Assembly: GCA_002633005.1 (NCBI GenBank)
Contig: NMRA01000338.1
Span: 342,775 to 406,774, forward strand
Reading direction: 5' to 3'
Origin: Phoronis australis
Taxonomy: Eukaryota; Animalia; Phoronida
DNA length: 64,000 nt
Shown: positions 51,095 to 63,532 of the stretch, piece by piece
Layout of the letters: each line of letters opens with the position of its first letter
Numbering within the stretch: the stretch's first letter is position 1
Notes under the pieces: model-generated
The model's database searches: none
What the model saw: only the letters and a program-made list of their open reading frames with translations
Told to the model about the DNA's origin: nothing
Translations under genes and position numbers: made by a program

Positions 51095-51797
51095 TGATGT
51101 TTGAGAGTTTTTAAACATTATTTTTCGTGTGATGCTAAAGTATTACTGTGACTATCTGAACTGTCCTCGACCTCCAGAATAAAATGTCCGTTCCAAAAAG
51201 CCAGTGCATTTGCGGAGCTAATTGACACTAGGGAGTCAGCGGTAGACGGGTTCGACTGAAAGTGGTCGTCATCTGTCGCCATGTTCATACGAACACACGT
51301 GCCAAATTTCATGATGATTCTGGAAGGGGCTTAGGAAATACATCAGTGCCGACTACGGAGCACAATTCATAGCTCTGAACGTACACCGTGAATCTCAGTA
51401 AAAGGTCCACATTCTCAAAAATTAGAGCCCCCATTTTTAGCGCGCAAGATAATTCATATCTTACAAAAGATCTACGTCACAGCGGAAACCTCTGCGCCGA
51501 CCAACAGAGACTTTCAATGAAGTTACCTAAAACGAAAATGCCGGGCCCCTTCACGCCATCTCTCTGCAATAGAGGGTTTTCATAGTTCCCGATTTCCTAA
51601 CAGGGTGGGTACTTCAGTTTTTTCGGTGGTAAAAATATCGAAATGCTTCCTTTTGTCACGCCAAAGGGATGCCCGTGTTTAATTTGAAATGTGGCATGGC
51701 AATAAAATTGCACTTTTGTCACATCCGCCGGGCTCAAATTTGAACACTGCATAACCCAAATTTATAACTATGTTATTGTTGTTGTCACCTTTCTTTG

Positions 51798-51934
51798 CAG
51801 GGACGGATCCATAATTTTGAGTTAGGGGGGCAGGGTAGATTTTGCCTGTCAGATATTCGAACCCCCGAACTTCCGAATGGAATATGGGTCGATTTTAGGT
51901 GGGGCTTGGCCCCTTCCCCCCAAATCTGCCACTG
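51798..51934. mobile_element. MITE family C copy (inverted)
   Basis: attttgcctgtcagatattcgaaccccc matches the family core; ends atctgccactg. Confidence 0.75.
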
Positions 51935-53150
51935 CGTGTCACGTTTATCATCAAGTTATCTCATGACTCCGAAAAATTATGTACAACTCAGAAACATGTT
52001 GAGAAACTCATGTGCAAAAATCCCAACTTAACGTAGAATACCTGGCATATGTCATGATGTCATGACCAATGGCGGCGATGTTGTGACTGAGGTGGTTAGA
52101 TTTCAACTTGATTTTACCGTAAATATAGCTTAATTGATGCTTCGTCGAATTCTCATTTTATCAAGACTCGTAACTCCTTACACAAACTTCTTAACGTCTA
52201 CCCCAGCCGCGGGCCGACGGGAGGTAAAAACAGCGCTTCAACATACAGTAAACTAGTCTTCAAAAATCTTGACTATTAATTAGACAATTATATAAAGTTT
52301 TGCTTTTTAGATTTTAAGTTATATTCGAATTTTGATAAATATTTAAATATTTCAAATAAATTTCCCAAACATGTTACGTTAAATACCCGCGGCGTTCTCT
52401 TCATTATCACTATGCCGTTTTTGAAACGTCATTGGAAAAAGTGGAAAGTTTGCAGACTCATCATTTAGATCTTAGTCTCACAGAGCCCTGCAAGCTATGA
52501 GAGGTGAAAAAGGATTAATTGAATTTTGTCGGAAACGGAGTTTAAGATAAGAATCGTCCGATCTCATCACATAATCACTAACTAATGTCTTTTCAAGTTG
52601 CTGAATCCGTGTGTTTTAGGAATTTGGATTGGATTTGAGTTGTTTCGAATAGAAACTAGACGATTTTTAGGAGTGTTCACAAAGTTTTGAATGTTTCAAC
52701 ATCCGCGAATGTTTTCAATCGACAAAACAACGATGTTATGATCGTAGCCATAGATAGAATGTCTGTCATACAATCTCTGGGTCTATGACAACTACCCTCT
52801 GTCACAGCGCCACCTATAAGGAGCACTGGGAAAGGAACTACTTGACCCGAGGCTAGATAGATGGCGCAAGTTGGAGGTGTGGTCAGTAGCCATGAACTCG
52901 AAAGATGCCCAGTTCAAATTCCTTCATTTGATCTTAAAGTGCAAACACAGTTTTCCCGAATTCTCATAAGTTAAAATTTTCACAGTTTAAAGATTTCAAA
53001 TAAATCAAAAATTTTGATTCATTTGCAAATATATTGATTTCTTTAGAGAAAAGTTTGTAGTTCAAATAGCCATTTTCCCAGTACAAATTAACATCCCCGC
53101 GACCTAGTATACTACACGTTACTGCTGGTGCTTAGCTTTAAGGGACAGAG

Positions 53151-53294
53151 ATGGCAGAATTCACCCCGTTTCCCCATTTTGCAACTGATGCGATTCACAA
53201 AGGCCAAGAACCCGAACAATGGAACTCGATGGCTGTATGTCCCCCAATATCCATGGCAACAACGTTCAAGCAAAAGGCACCTGGACAACACTGT
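53151..53294 (+). CDS. CTH: Cystathionine gamma-lyase, coding exon 1
   Basis: MAEFTPFPHFATDAIHKGQEPEQWNSMAVCPPISMATTFKQKAPGQHC, then donor gtaagt at 53295 (phase 0). Confidence 0.96.
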
Positions 53295-53887
53295 GTAAGT
53301 TGGACTTCTGCCAGGCACAAACTGAAGTCGTGTATCTCAATTTTCTAGGCCTAGGCCTACTGCTGTGCGTGAACTGGGAATCTTGCTTAGTGTCAAGATC
53401 GCGTTTGCGTGAATTTGCAATTGAATTATCATTTGGGCAGTGAGGTGAAATTTTTTGTTCAGTGTAAAGAATTTTTATAGTTACCAGCCTCACAATCACC
53501 CATTTTCTCCTTGGCTTTACCGTATCTTCTGTCCAAGAATAGGAGGACTATGTGAATGGTTAATCAATTATTGATTGGAGAATAAAAACCCCAATATACT
53601 TGAAAAAGATTGGTTGAAATTTACGTTTATTTTATTAATACCGGTATGTAGTTTAGTTTAGTGCAGAGCAAATTTTTATCAGCGTGAACTTGGTTATTTG
53701 GGTGAACTTGTCAAGTTTGCATATATGTATTCCAAGTTCAGGCATATGCCATCTTGAGATTATTAAGCAAGATTTCAAGTATACAGTGACCATCGTCCTA
53801 CTGGCATGTTGGATGGTGGAGCTCTCATGGGTCCCTCATATGCCGGAAGCTTTTCAGCGAATTATGACTAAAACATCAAAGTCCCAA

Positions 53888-54185
53888 AGGGACACCTTAG
53901 GACGCCGTTGATGTATGTAATTCCTTCTAACTCGAACAAATACACCCGTTATCAAACGTTTTCTGCGAGCAGTCCCTCGTTTAGTTCCCATAATTGTTAA
54001 CTCACCATTTTTAACATTGCACGCGCCAGCTGGTATGACGTCATCCTGGCGCGCGCAGGGTTAAAAATGGTTACCGATTTTGGGAACTGAACGAGGGATT
54101 GCTCGAAGAAAAAGTTTGATTTAACGGGAGTATTTGTTCGAGTTGGAAGGAATTACATACATCAACGGCCTCCTAAGGTGTCCCT
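53888..54185. mobile_element. 298-bp foldback palindrome in CTH intron 1
   Basis: agggacaccttagga...ccgttgatgtatgtaattccttc / gaaggaattacatacatcaacgg...tcctaaggtgtccct; TGACGTCA at the axis. Confidence 0.9.
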
Positions 54186-54211
54186 CTATGCGCAAAAGGT
54201 ATTTATAACAA

Positions 54212-54444
54212 ACAATTGCAGGCGGTCTGATACAGGTTGTACCAGATGTGCGCAGGCCTCACATGTGGGCCCATTGCACTGATCACCTGGAACTATTTTT
54301 ATGCTTTATTCATATTTGGTTAAACCCGAGCTGAGGAGCTAGAAACCTGGCTCAAGGGTTTAGCAGTGTGACCTGGTGGGCCTCGAACCCACGACCTCGA
54401 GTAAAGAAAGCGGGCATTTATCAACCAGGTCACACTGCCTCAGG
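54212..54444 (-). mobile_element. tRNA-derived SINE, second full-length copy
   Basis: Close match to 26537-26776; B box gggttcgaggccc; 11-bp TSD atttataacaa. Confidence 0.9.
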
Positions 54445-56029
54445 ATTTATAACAATGTAACATTGATGTTTTAGTCAGTGCGAGGCATAATTCATTGAAA
54501 ATCTTCTAGCGTATGAAACGCTTATAGGAGCTTCACCGTCTCTACCTACTGCGAAGCCAGTATGGTCACTGCCTAGATTCCAAGTTCATGCACAACAGTA
54601 CTGTTTAGCTAACTAGCTGTGTATGACTGAACTTCAAAACATCTTTGCTACAAACCTCGTCAAGGCTGGTAGATATGTTTCGAACCTTGTAGGAATCTTC
54701 CTACAATACGTAGGACATTGTTTTGGAATTCATACTTTGGGCAATTATATAAGAATTGCTCAACGTGCGAATCCAATGTTGACCTTCTAAGTTTACAAAT
54801 CAAATTATCAATTGTGTTGCTATAAATAGTAACATTCTGTTCTTGTTTAAATCCCATTATTTTTCTCATAGTTGAGTTCCCCATGCTGCATGCCTCTGGG
54901 AACTCAATTGTGAGATGGTCTGTATTAATAGTCTATTATCTACTGTAAGGATTAAGCTGCACACTAAAAGGGACTCTTTTACATTGTGCACACAGTGACT
55001 GTTGATCTAGATTTGCATTTAACACAAGACAATATCACCAGAACAACGCATTTTTGGCATTTAATATGAGAAAGTGCTAACATATTTATTTTAACATATT
55101 TTCAGTGATTTTGATATCACACCCTTAGAGATTGTTAGAATTCCTACATTGTTGCGCTATGTTGGAATTCCTACAGGACCTTGTCCTGCACGATCTGGAA
55201 ATATTACTACAGTGCACAGATTCCTACATGGTTTGGAACAGATACACCACATGCCAGTTCCTGACCTCAGCTGACTGAAGGTTGGATGGTTGATGAATTA
55301 TTTTTTACTCAGTCACATAGGGGATGGTAGATTTTAGTGGTCCCTGATTTGGAGGATCAGTTTAATTGATTGAGTAGCGGGTCCATTATTCAGTGAATGC
55401 CTGGTTCTCATACGCAGTTAGATTTACATAACTTCACTGTATACACAGTCAGCGCCTTTTCGCCTTACTTTGTTCTTCAATGTAAAGTCTGTAGTGTTTC
55501 TGCAAAAGCTTACATGATGTAATCAAAAATATTTTATGGGTTTTTGAATGGTTTCATCTAAAAGACAATCGATCGTGAGGCTACAAATCTACTAGTGCTC
55601 AAAGACAACTCACTTGAATCACTAGGCAATGCATCGCCTGTGGATGCCATACAGGCAATTGTCCTGTAATGGAGCTGCTCTACAGATTTACTTTTGGTTG
55701 ATAAAATAGTATACTATTACTGAACAGTATATATGGAATCAGTTACCTGTGATCAATGGATTAGATATAAATACACCGTCAAAACTGCAATTATCTCCCT
55801 TCCATTTTTGTCATGAATATGCAAATTACAGGTCATCTGACCAAAATAAGTTCTGACCTCAACCACAAAAAATGTGGCTGTCAGTGCACAATTTTGAACA
55901 AGTGACCAAGTAAATTAGTTATCGATGAAAATTACCCACACTGCCCCAGTGGGTGGCGTTGGTGGACCTATTATTGGCTCACAAATCTGTGTAATAATAT
56001 TTTATCTGAATGATATTTCTTCTTATCAG

Positions 56030-56111
56030 GGATTCGAATACAGTCGCAGTGGTAACCCAACAAGGAACTGTCTTGAAGAATGCATTGCATCACTGGAAGG
56101 AGCAAAACATG
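56030..56111 (+). CDS. CTH: Cystathionine gamma-lyase, exon 2 (82 bp)
   Basis: ttatcag | GFEYSRSGNPTRNCLEECIASLEGAKH(G) | gttagt. Confidence 0.96.
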
Positions 56112-56389
56112 GTTAGTTTTAATGAATTTGTGGGCATTCGGCTCATGGAAAGTGAGAAATTATTGGAGGCTGTTCGTTTTAATGAATTTGTAGGCATTTG
56201 ACTCATTGAAGGTGAGAAATTATTGGAGGCGATTAGTTTTAATGCATTTGTAGATATTTGCGTCATGAAAAGTGAGAAATTTTTGGGGGTGGCTTGTTTT
56301 AATGAATGTGCGGGCATTTGGCTCATGGAGGTGCAGTTAGTTTTAATGAATTTGCGGGTGTTCCACTCATGGAAAGTGAGAAATTATTT
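56112..56389. repeat. ~60-bp minisatellite (~5 units) starting at the CTH intron-2 donor
   Basis: Unit gttagttttaatgaatttgtgggcattcggctcatggaaagtgagaaattattggaggct. Confidence 0.9.
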
Positions 56390-56704
56390 ACAACATGAAA
56401 TGTTGTGCGTGATCATTTCTGTTCTTAACTAAATCGAATCACTTGCACTATAAATGATAGGGGTTCCTGTCCAACAGCCCCCTCTTGCCCAATGACTGCG
56501 CCAGTGATTAGAGATAATACTCCCCTTATATCCAGCACAATGATGAGTGCAACTCAAGAGAATCTGGGACTTGTAAGCAATTCACATGCTTGACATTTCA
56601 AATGACAATTTGATAAGTTATTCTTGACCTTTTTTTGAATGCTTGGAAGTTATTTGTATGCACAGTTTGATATGGACAGCATATATACTGTTCATCTTGA
56701 ATGC

Positions 56705-57150
56705 ATAGAATATAGAATAGACACTTCATGGCTCCGATCTTTTATTGCTCATGACTGGTCATAAGAATGAGGTCAAATAACTTGGCAATGAAGGCTGGGC
56801 CTCCCAACAAGGGCAGTGATTGGTCACCTTTGTCGCCTCTTGCTTTTAATTCCTGGTCTTAGTCCTTATATTATTAGTAAATGCACAGTGCTGAGACACA
56901 CGTTATACTACGGACTGTGGACTTGTCTTCATAATTCATCATGTACAGAGTAATAAAAACATAACAAATTGACCGTGTATTCTCCAAAGCCTTTTAAATG
57001 CGATAGTAGCGACATCTCTCAGGTTAGTCAAGTCGCATGACTTCCAAATAAGGAAGACAATAGAGTCACAAACTTGACTCTTTGCAGCTTGCACTAAGCC
57101 GACTGTGCTCTGGAAGCTAGAACGAGACCACTTCAATGCAGTGCAGTGCG
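56705..57150 (-). mobile_element. Possible old L2/CR1 LINE 3' end
   Basis: Minus strand LIWKSCDLTNLR...AFKRL (W..L....R.....FK-like) and a short (ctatt)-type tail. Confidence 0.35.
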
Positions 57151-57396
57151 AGTCAGCAATACAGATGTTCATTTATTCAGAGTACAGAGATTGATGGGTT
57201 AAGTTTTGAGTTTAAGCTGAACAGAGACATGAAGCTCTTCACCAGTGTCAGTGTTTATTTGATTCATCTTCAGTTAGCCAGCTAATATGTACATTCCACA
57301 CCCCATGCCATAGTTTTTAAAGGTATATTTAGCATTGCCTGAGTCAACCGAAAATGGCCAACTTCAAAGTAAGATAAAGTAAGGATGAAGGGATTA

Positions 57397-58195
57397 ACGT
57401 TATTTCTCACATGACCTGGAATGTGTCACAACACAACTGGTTAATTACACCGAGTACGTAATTTTTTATATTGCATGGGTAAATCACAAAGTACTGCAAA
57501 GCAGAAATCCTTACGACTTACATTTTATCGACTTACATTTTATCGTCTGCAAAACACTAAAACAACCAAACGGCACCAACCAAAAAATGCCGGAATTTCG
57601 AGAAGGTGACAAGCTTATGATTGACAAATCAGGTGTCGCAACTGTACGTACTCCCAGTCAGAAGGACATGCAAACAACTTCTTAAACGGACCCATCTTCG
57701 GCGATGTATTCCATATCCACGTTCATTCAAATGGAGATGAGCCCCAACTCAAGGAATGCGACGAGACTGTCTAGCTGTGCTGTCTAAAGGCCAGTTTAGT
57801 GCTTACCCGCAGTGAACCCTGCAGACTGTTATTCATACATTTTTAATTTTAAATATTACTTCAAAGACTCTTTATTAGATTTTAACTTGAATATTTGCTA
57901 TGAAAGCTGAATGCAATTTACAATTGTTCAGCTTAAAATAAAGCTAATAACAAAAAGTAACTGAATTACGCAAGCGTGTTTTTACAAAAGTTGTCATGTA
58001 GTTGAAAGTTTTAGATATGTCAAGTTTTTCAGCAAAAAAGATCGTTTTTGCGATTCATGTGAGAAAACAAATCCTACATTCGTCTCAGATTGGAAATTTA
58101 GTCAAAATCCCTCGGCAAGTCTTGGGATTTTGACGAAATTTCCAAGAGGCTTTGTCCATGTCATAAACTTGAGACTGGTGTAGGATTCTCTATAT
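57397..58195. mobile_element. Non-autonomous DNA element with a palindromic end
   Basis: ttctcacatga (57403) / tcatgtgagaa (58055); hairpin ggaaatttagtcaaaatccc...gggattttgacgaaatttcc. Confidence 0.5.
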
Positions 58196-58698
58196 AGAAC
58201 CCTAGAAATGTGGTGAAGTGTGGCTACTTTAGAGCGTCATATCTCTGAAATGGCTGATTGGATTGCATGTGAATCTTTCTTGCGCATCCTACTTGATGCA
58301 GGGTTCTCTAAAACACTGCGAGGAATGAGTTAAAATGTTCCACTTATGCATGAGAGCTCTTAAAAATGATACTTTTATGATTGTTTATATTCAAACTCAA
58401 ACTTCGCTTGCAACAAAAATGAAATGATGGTTTGAAAAACAATTTAAAGAAACGAAATTTTAATTTTTGTATTGTGCTATAGTGTAAACTGAATGAAGAC
58501 TGATGCCTTCTATATTAGCCTAATCCTCAAGCAGGTTGATTTTTGATATGACTTCAAGTTATTTAAGAAGCCATGATGCTTTTGTCACTGCTGTTGTCAT
58601 TTGTTTTGTGCAGCTGTTTACAGACAGGCGGGTAAACTAGTGCAAGTTGCCCCAAATGCACCTTGCACTAGTGCAAGTGTCGATTAGGACACATCTTA

Positions 58699-58857
58699 CC
58701 GTAATCGTTCGGGTTAACGCCCTGGGCGGTTAAATTGGCGAATCCAAAGAATCGGGGGAGGGCGGTTAACCGAGCAGTGGGCAGTTAAATCGAAAATCCA
58801 CTTAAAGTCCGGGATGGGCAGTTAACTGAGCATGGGCGTTAACCCGAACAATTACGG
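58699..58857. mobile_element. Tc1/mariner-pogo-type MITE with TA TSD
   Basis: ta|ccgtaatcgttcgggttaacgccc ... gggcgttaacccgaacaattacgg|ta. Confidence 0.9.
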
Positions 58858-60881
58858 TATATACTGTGAAGTAGTGTATGTACAGAGCTGTGGTCTGCGT
58901 AATCTGTAAACATAGTTATCAAAGTGTTACTTGTACATCAGATTAACTGATTACTTATCAATACAAACAATTAAAAAAGAGCTCATCCATTCATTTAATC
59001 CAACATTAGGTGTTGAGCTGCATATAGATATCAATATCAAGCATACTATTAGGTAATACCTAGTCTTAACTCTTTGTGATGCCTAAATGGTATCAATGTC
59101 AACCCTCACCATGGAACATTTTCTCAGACATGGACTTTACCAAGTATTGCCCGTGGAAAGGATTGGGACTAAATTTAATAGTATCGTAAGCACACAAACT
59201 CTTGTGAGTTAAATCTGAATAGCGGAGTTAACTTATTTCTCATCAATACGGTATTGCAATTTTCAAGCCATGGTGCTTTTGGCGGGATATTCTATGAAAG
59301 TTAGACGAGCGTATTCCTATATACACCCCTAACTACCTCGCTGTCGACAATAATTGTGTGGTAGGTCTCTCATCGGGGTCTGTTGGCAATGAGTGGTAAT
59401 GACCATTTCAAGGCTGGTTATCGGGCAAGATTTGGGCCGTAAAAGTTTCAAAGTTTCCGCGTTTTTTGTCATTGGTCATTCCAAGCCCTGAGATTTCTTT
59501 TGACTTTTTCTTCATGAGATGCATTATATGTTAGTCAATGGATGGCACCACAGTATTTTGTAAACAAATGTAGTCAATGTCACATGTATCTAGTTCACTT
59601 GTAGCTTACAAAGAGAGTTAAAGTAGTGCCATTTCTCAGTATTTTTATAATTTTTGCAGTCATAATGTCGCCTCAGCAAAAATTTGAAATTGGGTATTTA
59701 TAAAAGTCTGTTCGGACTCGCACGATGCTGCAGATTTGTGTGGCTACTAGATTACCATTCCAAGTAACTTACTTACGAGTGTTCATTACAAATTACACAT
59801 ACTATGTAATTTCTGAGGTGAAACGTACCCATGCTGGTGGTTAGGAGATACAGGCCTAATTTGGTAAAGAATATTCTCCAATGTTGTACAGTGTCACACC
59901 TCGGGTGATGGTGGTGGCCTGATAAGATCTGTTGGTCTATTGATAACTGCTACTAATACCACCTGCTGGTATGTGGGTAGATATCCCAACATTCACTTGT
60001 CTACTAGCATCTTTCATTGCAATGGCTGCACTTGATTGACTTTACTTGTTCCGTTGGTTCAGCTGACCAATGTGCTGTTCACACCAAAGCGAATATTGTT
60101 TTTAAAAAAATGATTTAATTTAAAGGTTAAAATTCTCTGTCTGAACACTTTAAGACCAGTTTAAAAAGTTGTAAATTAATGTAGCGTGATTACAATCCTC
60201 TGCAGTTGTGGTGTAGCAAGAGGTTGTAACTCTGTGAACACGCAAGTTGTGAAAGTTGTGAAATCTGTAGGTGGCGCTGCTGTCCATTCTCTCTAGAAAC
60301 AGTGTCACACCACGGCACTAACTGGGGTGAATCGGAAAGCAATTAGCACTGATCACTGGTGACTAAAACCACAAATTAGGGTTTAATTGTTTTAATGTCT
60401 GTATGAAAGCTAGGTTTGAACATAGCTTTAGACATTTGAGTGATTAAAAAGCTGGAAGTCGTCAAGCTAATCTGATTTCTTAACCATTTAACCTGGGTGG
60501 AGCTAGCAAGGACAATCAAGTGTGTAGTCATGGCTTGTGTAACTCAGTTTTTTGTTTGATGTGAGAGAAATACTGTCTGGTGAGTATAAAATCTGCTGCG
60601 GTGGCTGATTTTTTTCCTTTGACAAATTCTTCCTTTGCTGGAAAGGAACCTTTTGGATTGTATTACTTATTACCATGCAGTGGTATAGATTTCCTTATCA
60701 GTGTCATTACATCTCCTGTAGTTTCCTGCATTGCTAATGACCCGCATAATACGATATTTTATTCAGACCGCTTGCTACACGAAAGCACGTTTCACTAATA
60801 ACCAGATACTTTAAAGAGGAGCTCCCATGTTAAATATTGCTGGCCTCTACCTCACCTGTTACGTAAGGTGGGCCTTTTTAA

Positions 60882-61156
60882 AAGGATACGAAACCTAGTG
60901 TTAGCCTATAACAGATATACTGACCACGACTTTCCTACCTAGCTCTTTAAAACAAAATAGCGCTTTGTAAACCTCGACAAGCCTCAAAAGTTTATAGAGA
61001 ATGGAAAGACCAGCTATCAAGAATCGTAATGACACTGTGATTATGTGTTTTTAGTTGAATCTTAGTTTTGTCACCCATGTGAGGTGCCATTGGTGCATTG
61101 AGCCGTGAACAAAACAAAAATTCGATGAAATCACCAAAACAGGATGTGGTATCCTT
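60882..61156. mobile_element. MITE with TTAA TSD (Kolobok-like by inference)
   Basis: ttaa|aaggatac ... gtatcctt|ttaa. Confidence 0.7.
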
Positions 61157-61595
61157 TTAACTTTAAGATGGAATACAGTTTCATAATATTACTGTCGTTT
61201 TATCGCAGACTGTTTTGTTTGAATATCTCACTGCGTGTGACATTATGAAAATATCAATTATAAGGTATGAAATTCCACGTCACAGGTTTGTTAAGTAGGT
61301 CAAGTTGAAAATTTGCTTGTGAAATACTGCGTCATCATCGATCAACACAGCTTTGTGTAGCTGCTCTATCAGAAACTGGCTCTGAGAGGTGACTTCTTAG
61401 ATTTGGAACAGTTACCTGTTTATGTTGCTGACTCTAGAAAAGTGGGTACTTTACTTTACCAAACATGCAGTCTCATGGTAAGAAAAAAATCTGTACTTTA
61501 CCATAATTTTGGCAAGACATCAAGAGCAAGGTGGACGTTTTAATTTCTAACTAAGGAGATTTGTCGTTAATGTTTTATTCATTTCTTTCGTGCAG

Positions 61596-61691
61596 GTTTC
61601 GTCTTTGCCTCTGGCCTGGCTGCGACCTGTGCACTAACACACTTGTTGAATGCTGGTGATCACATCGTTAGTGTGGACGATGTCTATGGAG
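61596..61691 (+). CDS. CTH: Cystathionine gamma-lyase, exon 3 (96 bp)
   Basis: tgcag | (G)FVFASGLAATCALTHLLNAGDHIVSVDDVYG(G) | gtaatt. Confidence 0.96.
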
Positions 61692-62734
61692 GTAATTTGA
61701 GAGGATGGGAACTTCAAACACGAAGTATATACTGTGTAGCAAGAAGAAAAAGATCTAGCACAACTTTTAACCACATGGAAATATGCTTACAACTTATCAA
61801 AGTTTACAGGGCAGTTACTCAAATCGAACCTCGCTCTTGGCATGTGCATGTCCCACAATTCACAATCCTTTCAATCTCTGAGTCGCCATAAGATTGAGTT
61901 AATGAGGTGCATGGAAAGATGCCACGGAAAGTGAAGACAAAATTTATTGTAAGTTTTGATCCTGAGTGAGTTCCAGGTTTGTGTAGATACAATGATTGTT
62001 AATGTTATGACGCACAGTGTCTGGTATCATGAACAGAGGAAGTTGTGAAAGAAGACAAGTCCTCAACCACAATTGATTCATTAATCACTGGTAATCTGAT
62101 GCTTTGCAGGTTCAATCTTGTACTCATGGTGCCCTTTAACCACATATTCTCCAATTCTATTTTGCATTTTGTAGTTGGTTTCTTTCAGTCTCCCCAGCAC
62201 GTGCTTCATGTGTTGTGTACTGCAATGTACTGTTGACCTATTTTAATAGGTTAGCTTCTCCCCTGACTTAGTTTCACTTCAGTTATTGTAGCTTGACTTA
62301 TAAAATTAGTGATAATTAAGATAATTATAGACTGGAAATTCACTTTACATTATGAGTTAATGTTGAAATTGCTAAAAAGGTATAGGTTATATTGATCAAA
62401 AACATGTTTTCACTGTATAATTAATTAATAATCTTGAGATTTTGATGACTCGTAATATTTGGAGCCTTTTCTTGGCCTAGGCAAATCGACTCAATTTAAA
62501 CTTAAGAACACAAAGTTCTCAAAAACGTCTCGGTGATTTTCACTAAAACTTTTCTCAATTTTAATATTAACCAGTCAATCTTAAAAAAAGCTGTTTAAGG
62601 GTTTTTCTTTTAAATGCCTCGTATTTGCGTACTGTAAGATAGACAAATATGACTGCTAGTTTTTAATGGTTTGTGAGTTCACTTGGCATAGAAACAAAAC
62701 TAAATACTATATTAAGTAATCAAAGAAAATTCCT

Positions 62735-63252
62735 AAGGGCTGTTCCAGCAAAATCTGTGTGGGAGGGGGGGAAGGCAACTGAAATAAAAATTTATGGGTG
62801 GTTGCGTTTGATTTAAATTCAAAATGGCTGGTGGTCATACTTCAAAAAAATAAAAATTTACAGGTCGTTGTTGTTTCATTGGGCCATAAATGTTTGATGG
62901 TGAGTAATTAGTAAATTTTATAAACAATCCGCACAGAATCAAAAACGGAAACAAAAATGCAACTTGCAAAAAGCTCCGACTTTTTCACTCCCTCTGATTT
63001 CCCCATCAGCATGCCCATAACACCAGTCAACCACAGACGCTTGAATTTCTCGATGGCTAATAACCATATATAAGAAACATATGTTTTCTTAGTATTGAAT
63101 GACGTTAGTGGTGATGGAGGAACAGATAAACTCAAGCGCCTGTGCAGTCAACCACAAGAACAAAAAAAATTACGGGTGGTTGCATTTCAAACTTATAAAA
63201 AATTACGGGTGGTAGGCTGAAGAAATAAATGAAAAATATGGGTGGTGGGTGC
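62735..63252. mobile_element. Repeat with internal aaaaat(t)a(c/t)gggtggt units, cut at the N at 63253
   Basis: Starts taagggctgttcca; repeated gggtggt units. Confidence 0.5.
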
Positions 63253-63422
63253 NAGATCACCGAATAAAGTTGTGGATAACCTTAAAATGCTGTATTTACT
63301 TGTTAGTAGCTGAAATGAAGACTCACTATTGACGTCAAGTACTATAAATAATTAAAAATCCACTTCAATTACTATTTCCCAACACATCTGTGACTGTACT
63401 ATAATCTTGCTGGTATTTATAG

Positions 63423-63532
63423 GGACCAACCGTTACTTCAGAAAATGCGCGTCCAGATTCAATGTTCAGACGTCATTCGTGGATATGACTGATCTTTCTA
63501 AACTGGAGGCTGCTATCCAACCTAAGACCAAG
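63423..63532 (+). CDS. CTH: Cystathionine gamma-lyase, exon 4 (110 bp); gene continues beyond the window
   Basis: ttatag | (G)TNRYFRKCASRFNVQTSFVDMTDLSKLEAAIQPKTK | gtgagg. Confidence 0.96.

Noticed and set aside
56084-56092. ATTGCATCA amino-acid response element
   Set aside because: Lies in CTH coding sequence (Ile-Ala-Ser codons) and is explained by coding.
59820-60020. Minus-strand RPPPS motif as a LINE endonuclease fragment
   Set aside because: A single short motif with no consistent frame; insufficient evidence.
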